The notes beneath the pieces were generated by a model that was not told the DNA's origin, made no database searches, and saw only the letters and a program-made list of their open reading frames with translations. This document shows positions 62,452 through 64,000 of a stretch of 64,000 nt of DNA, one piece after another. The position numbers were made by a program, and so were the translations under genes. Origin of the DNA: Felis catus (taxonomy: Eukaryota); contig NC_058368.1 in NCBI RefSeq assembly GCF_018350175.1, positions 17,486,001-17,550,000 on the forward strand. The letters run 5' to 3'. Numbering within the stretch: the first letter of the stretch is position 1; each line of letters begins with the position of its first letter.

Positions 62452-62878
62452 GGGGTGCATTGGTGGCTCAGTCAGTTAAGCTTCCGACTTCTAATTTTGG
62501 CTTAGGTCATGATCCCAGGGTTGTGGGATCGAGCCCCACGCTGATTGTGGAGCCTGCATAAGATTTTCTCCCTCTCTCTCTCCCCCTGCCCCTCTTCCCC
62601 TTTCATGCTGTCTCTCTAAAGTAAATAAAATGGGGGGCGCTTGGGCGGCTTAGTTGGGTAAACATCCTACTTTGGCTCAGGTCACGATCTCACCGTCTGT
62701 GAGTTCGGGCCCCGTGTAGGGCTCTGTGCTGTCAGCACAGAGCCTGCCTCAGATCTGCTGTCCCCTCTCTCTCTCTGCCTGTCCCCCACTTGCTCTGTCT
62801 CTCTCTCTCTTTCTCAAAAATTAATAAACATTAAAAGTAAAATTAGAACAAATAAAATGAAAAAAAATTTTAATAAAA
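62452..62878 (+). mobile_element. Head-to-tail pair of Can-SINEs (62452-62630 and 62632-62878)
   Basis: Two heads; outer duplication aaaa(t/c)tg(c/a)aaactggag. Confidence 0.9.
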
Positions 62879-62949
62879 TAAAACTGAAAACTGGAGTCCC
62901 TCAGTTCATATCACTGTGAGGGTCAGAAACACAAAGAATGCTAATATTT

Positions 62950-63185
62950 TGCAGTGTTTATTATGTATAGGCCTCCTTCCAAATACATTATATTAATTCA
63001 CGTAATGGTACCTATATGAGGTAGATACCAACTTGTATCATCCTGTTATACAAATGTGGACACTGAGGTACAAAGAACAAAAGTAATATCCTCAAAGGCA
63101 CATGGCCAGTAAGAAACAGAACTTGTAATCAGACCCAAGCAGTCTGAATTCAGAGTCCAGTCACTTAACCACTTAGCTATCCCAC
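62950..63185 (-). mobile_element. MIR SINE
   Basis: tacaaatgtggacactgagg..caaggcacatggccagtaag..acccaagcagtctga..cttaaccact. Confidence 0.8.
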
Positions 63186-64000
63186 CTCTCAGTAGGTGTA
63201 AGACATGTGTGGCCTTTGGCGATCATGATGGTACCCCCTCGAATTTCCGGGCCATCCTGTTTGCGAGCATTCTGCTCACTGTACCCACAGAAATCCCAGT
63301 ATTCCAGACATTTTCTGTCACATACAATAAATGTCTATAGATGTTTGTATGTGAATGTGGAAGTTCCAATCACCAAATGTTTCAACTTTAAAGTACAGGT
63401 AAAAGCTATTCTGTAGTTTAGATTATCTACCTTGATGCAGATAAAATATTTATACTCATAACTCATTGGCATGCAAACACTCAACCTCCGTGGACCACTC
63501 AAAACAAAATCTCCTCATGTTTAAATTGAGAGTGTTGGGTCAGAGGACCTCCCACTGTCAAGACATTATATTTTACATTTGTCGCTTGCATCCAGGTTCA
63601 GTCTCGTTTCTGCTGAAGTTAGCATGTAATCAGCCTTCCAGGAAAAGATTCATTCATATCCTCTAACGTCCAGCGGAGCACATTCCTGGACGTAATTGAG
63701 TCTGCTCAAATCAACGAGTCATTAACCATCTGTAACTCTCCGCAGATTAATTACCAACACCATTGTTAAGACTGTAACCTGTTTTGTTTGTGCTTCGAGA
63801 AATGTTTTTGTGCTTTCATTCTTAATCTGGCAGCAGCTGATATTAATTCAGACCATACATTACACTCTTTGGCTTTTCACGACTGCCATTTCCCATGGGC
63901 AACCTGACTCTCCTACCCACAGAAACAGCAGAGAGCACCTAGCTTGTAAGATACCAGATGAACAATACCCAGTGATGAGCTTTCTGTACTAAATGGGGCG

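Noticed and set aside
3898..62878. tRNA genes suggested by A/B-box motifs (tggctcagtcggttaag, gttcgagccc)
   Set aside because: These are the tRNA-derived heads of Can-SINEs, followed by (CT)n and A-rich tails.
3898..62878. Strand bias of SINEs (about 23 minus versus 12 plus)
   Set aside because: Too few elements, and clustered, to be distinguished from chance.

Overview
Mammalian genomic DNA from a feliform carnivore, most likely a felid, judged from about 35 tRNA-derived Can-SINEs of the SINEC_Fc type and a young felid-type L1. The only protein-coding feature I can support is the last coding exon of NHLRC3 (+ strand, 576-831) with its 3' UTR. The remaining ~61 kb is gene-free as far as I can see. 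From recalled mammalian synteny it should be the intergenic interval running towards LHFPL6. It holds young SINE/L1 insertions with target-site duplications, old L1/L2/MIR copies, MaLR/ERVL LTRs and hAT MITE remnants, plus a few repeat-free, CpG-retaining blocks that look like cis-regulatory elements. Nearly every ORF in the supplied track is SINE-derived, microsatellite-derived or chance. I cannot support a new biological system here. The best leads are a degenerate ~43-bp tandem array built from the MIR core (15.06-15.36 kb), a candidate enhancer/boundary with a CTCF-like motif and a MEIS+PBX/HOX composite site (58.0-58.8 kb), TAATTA-dense unique blocks (30-32 kb, 63.4-64 kb), and several hairpins, palindromes and nested insertions. 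Repeat family names come from my memory of consensus sequences, and repeat boundaries are approximate.
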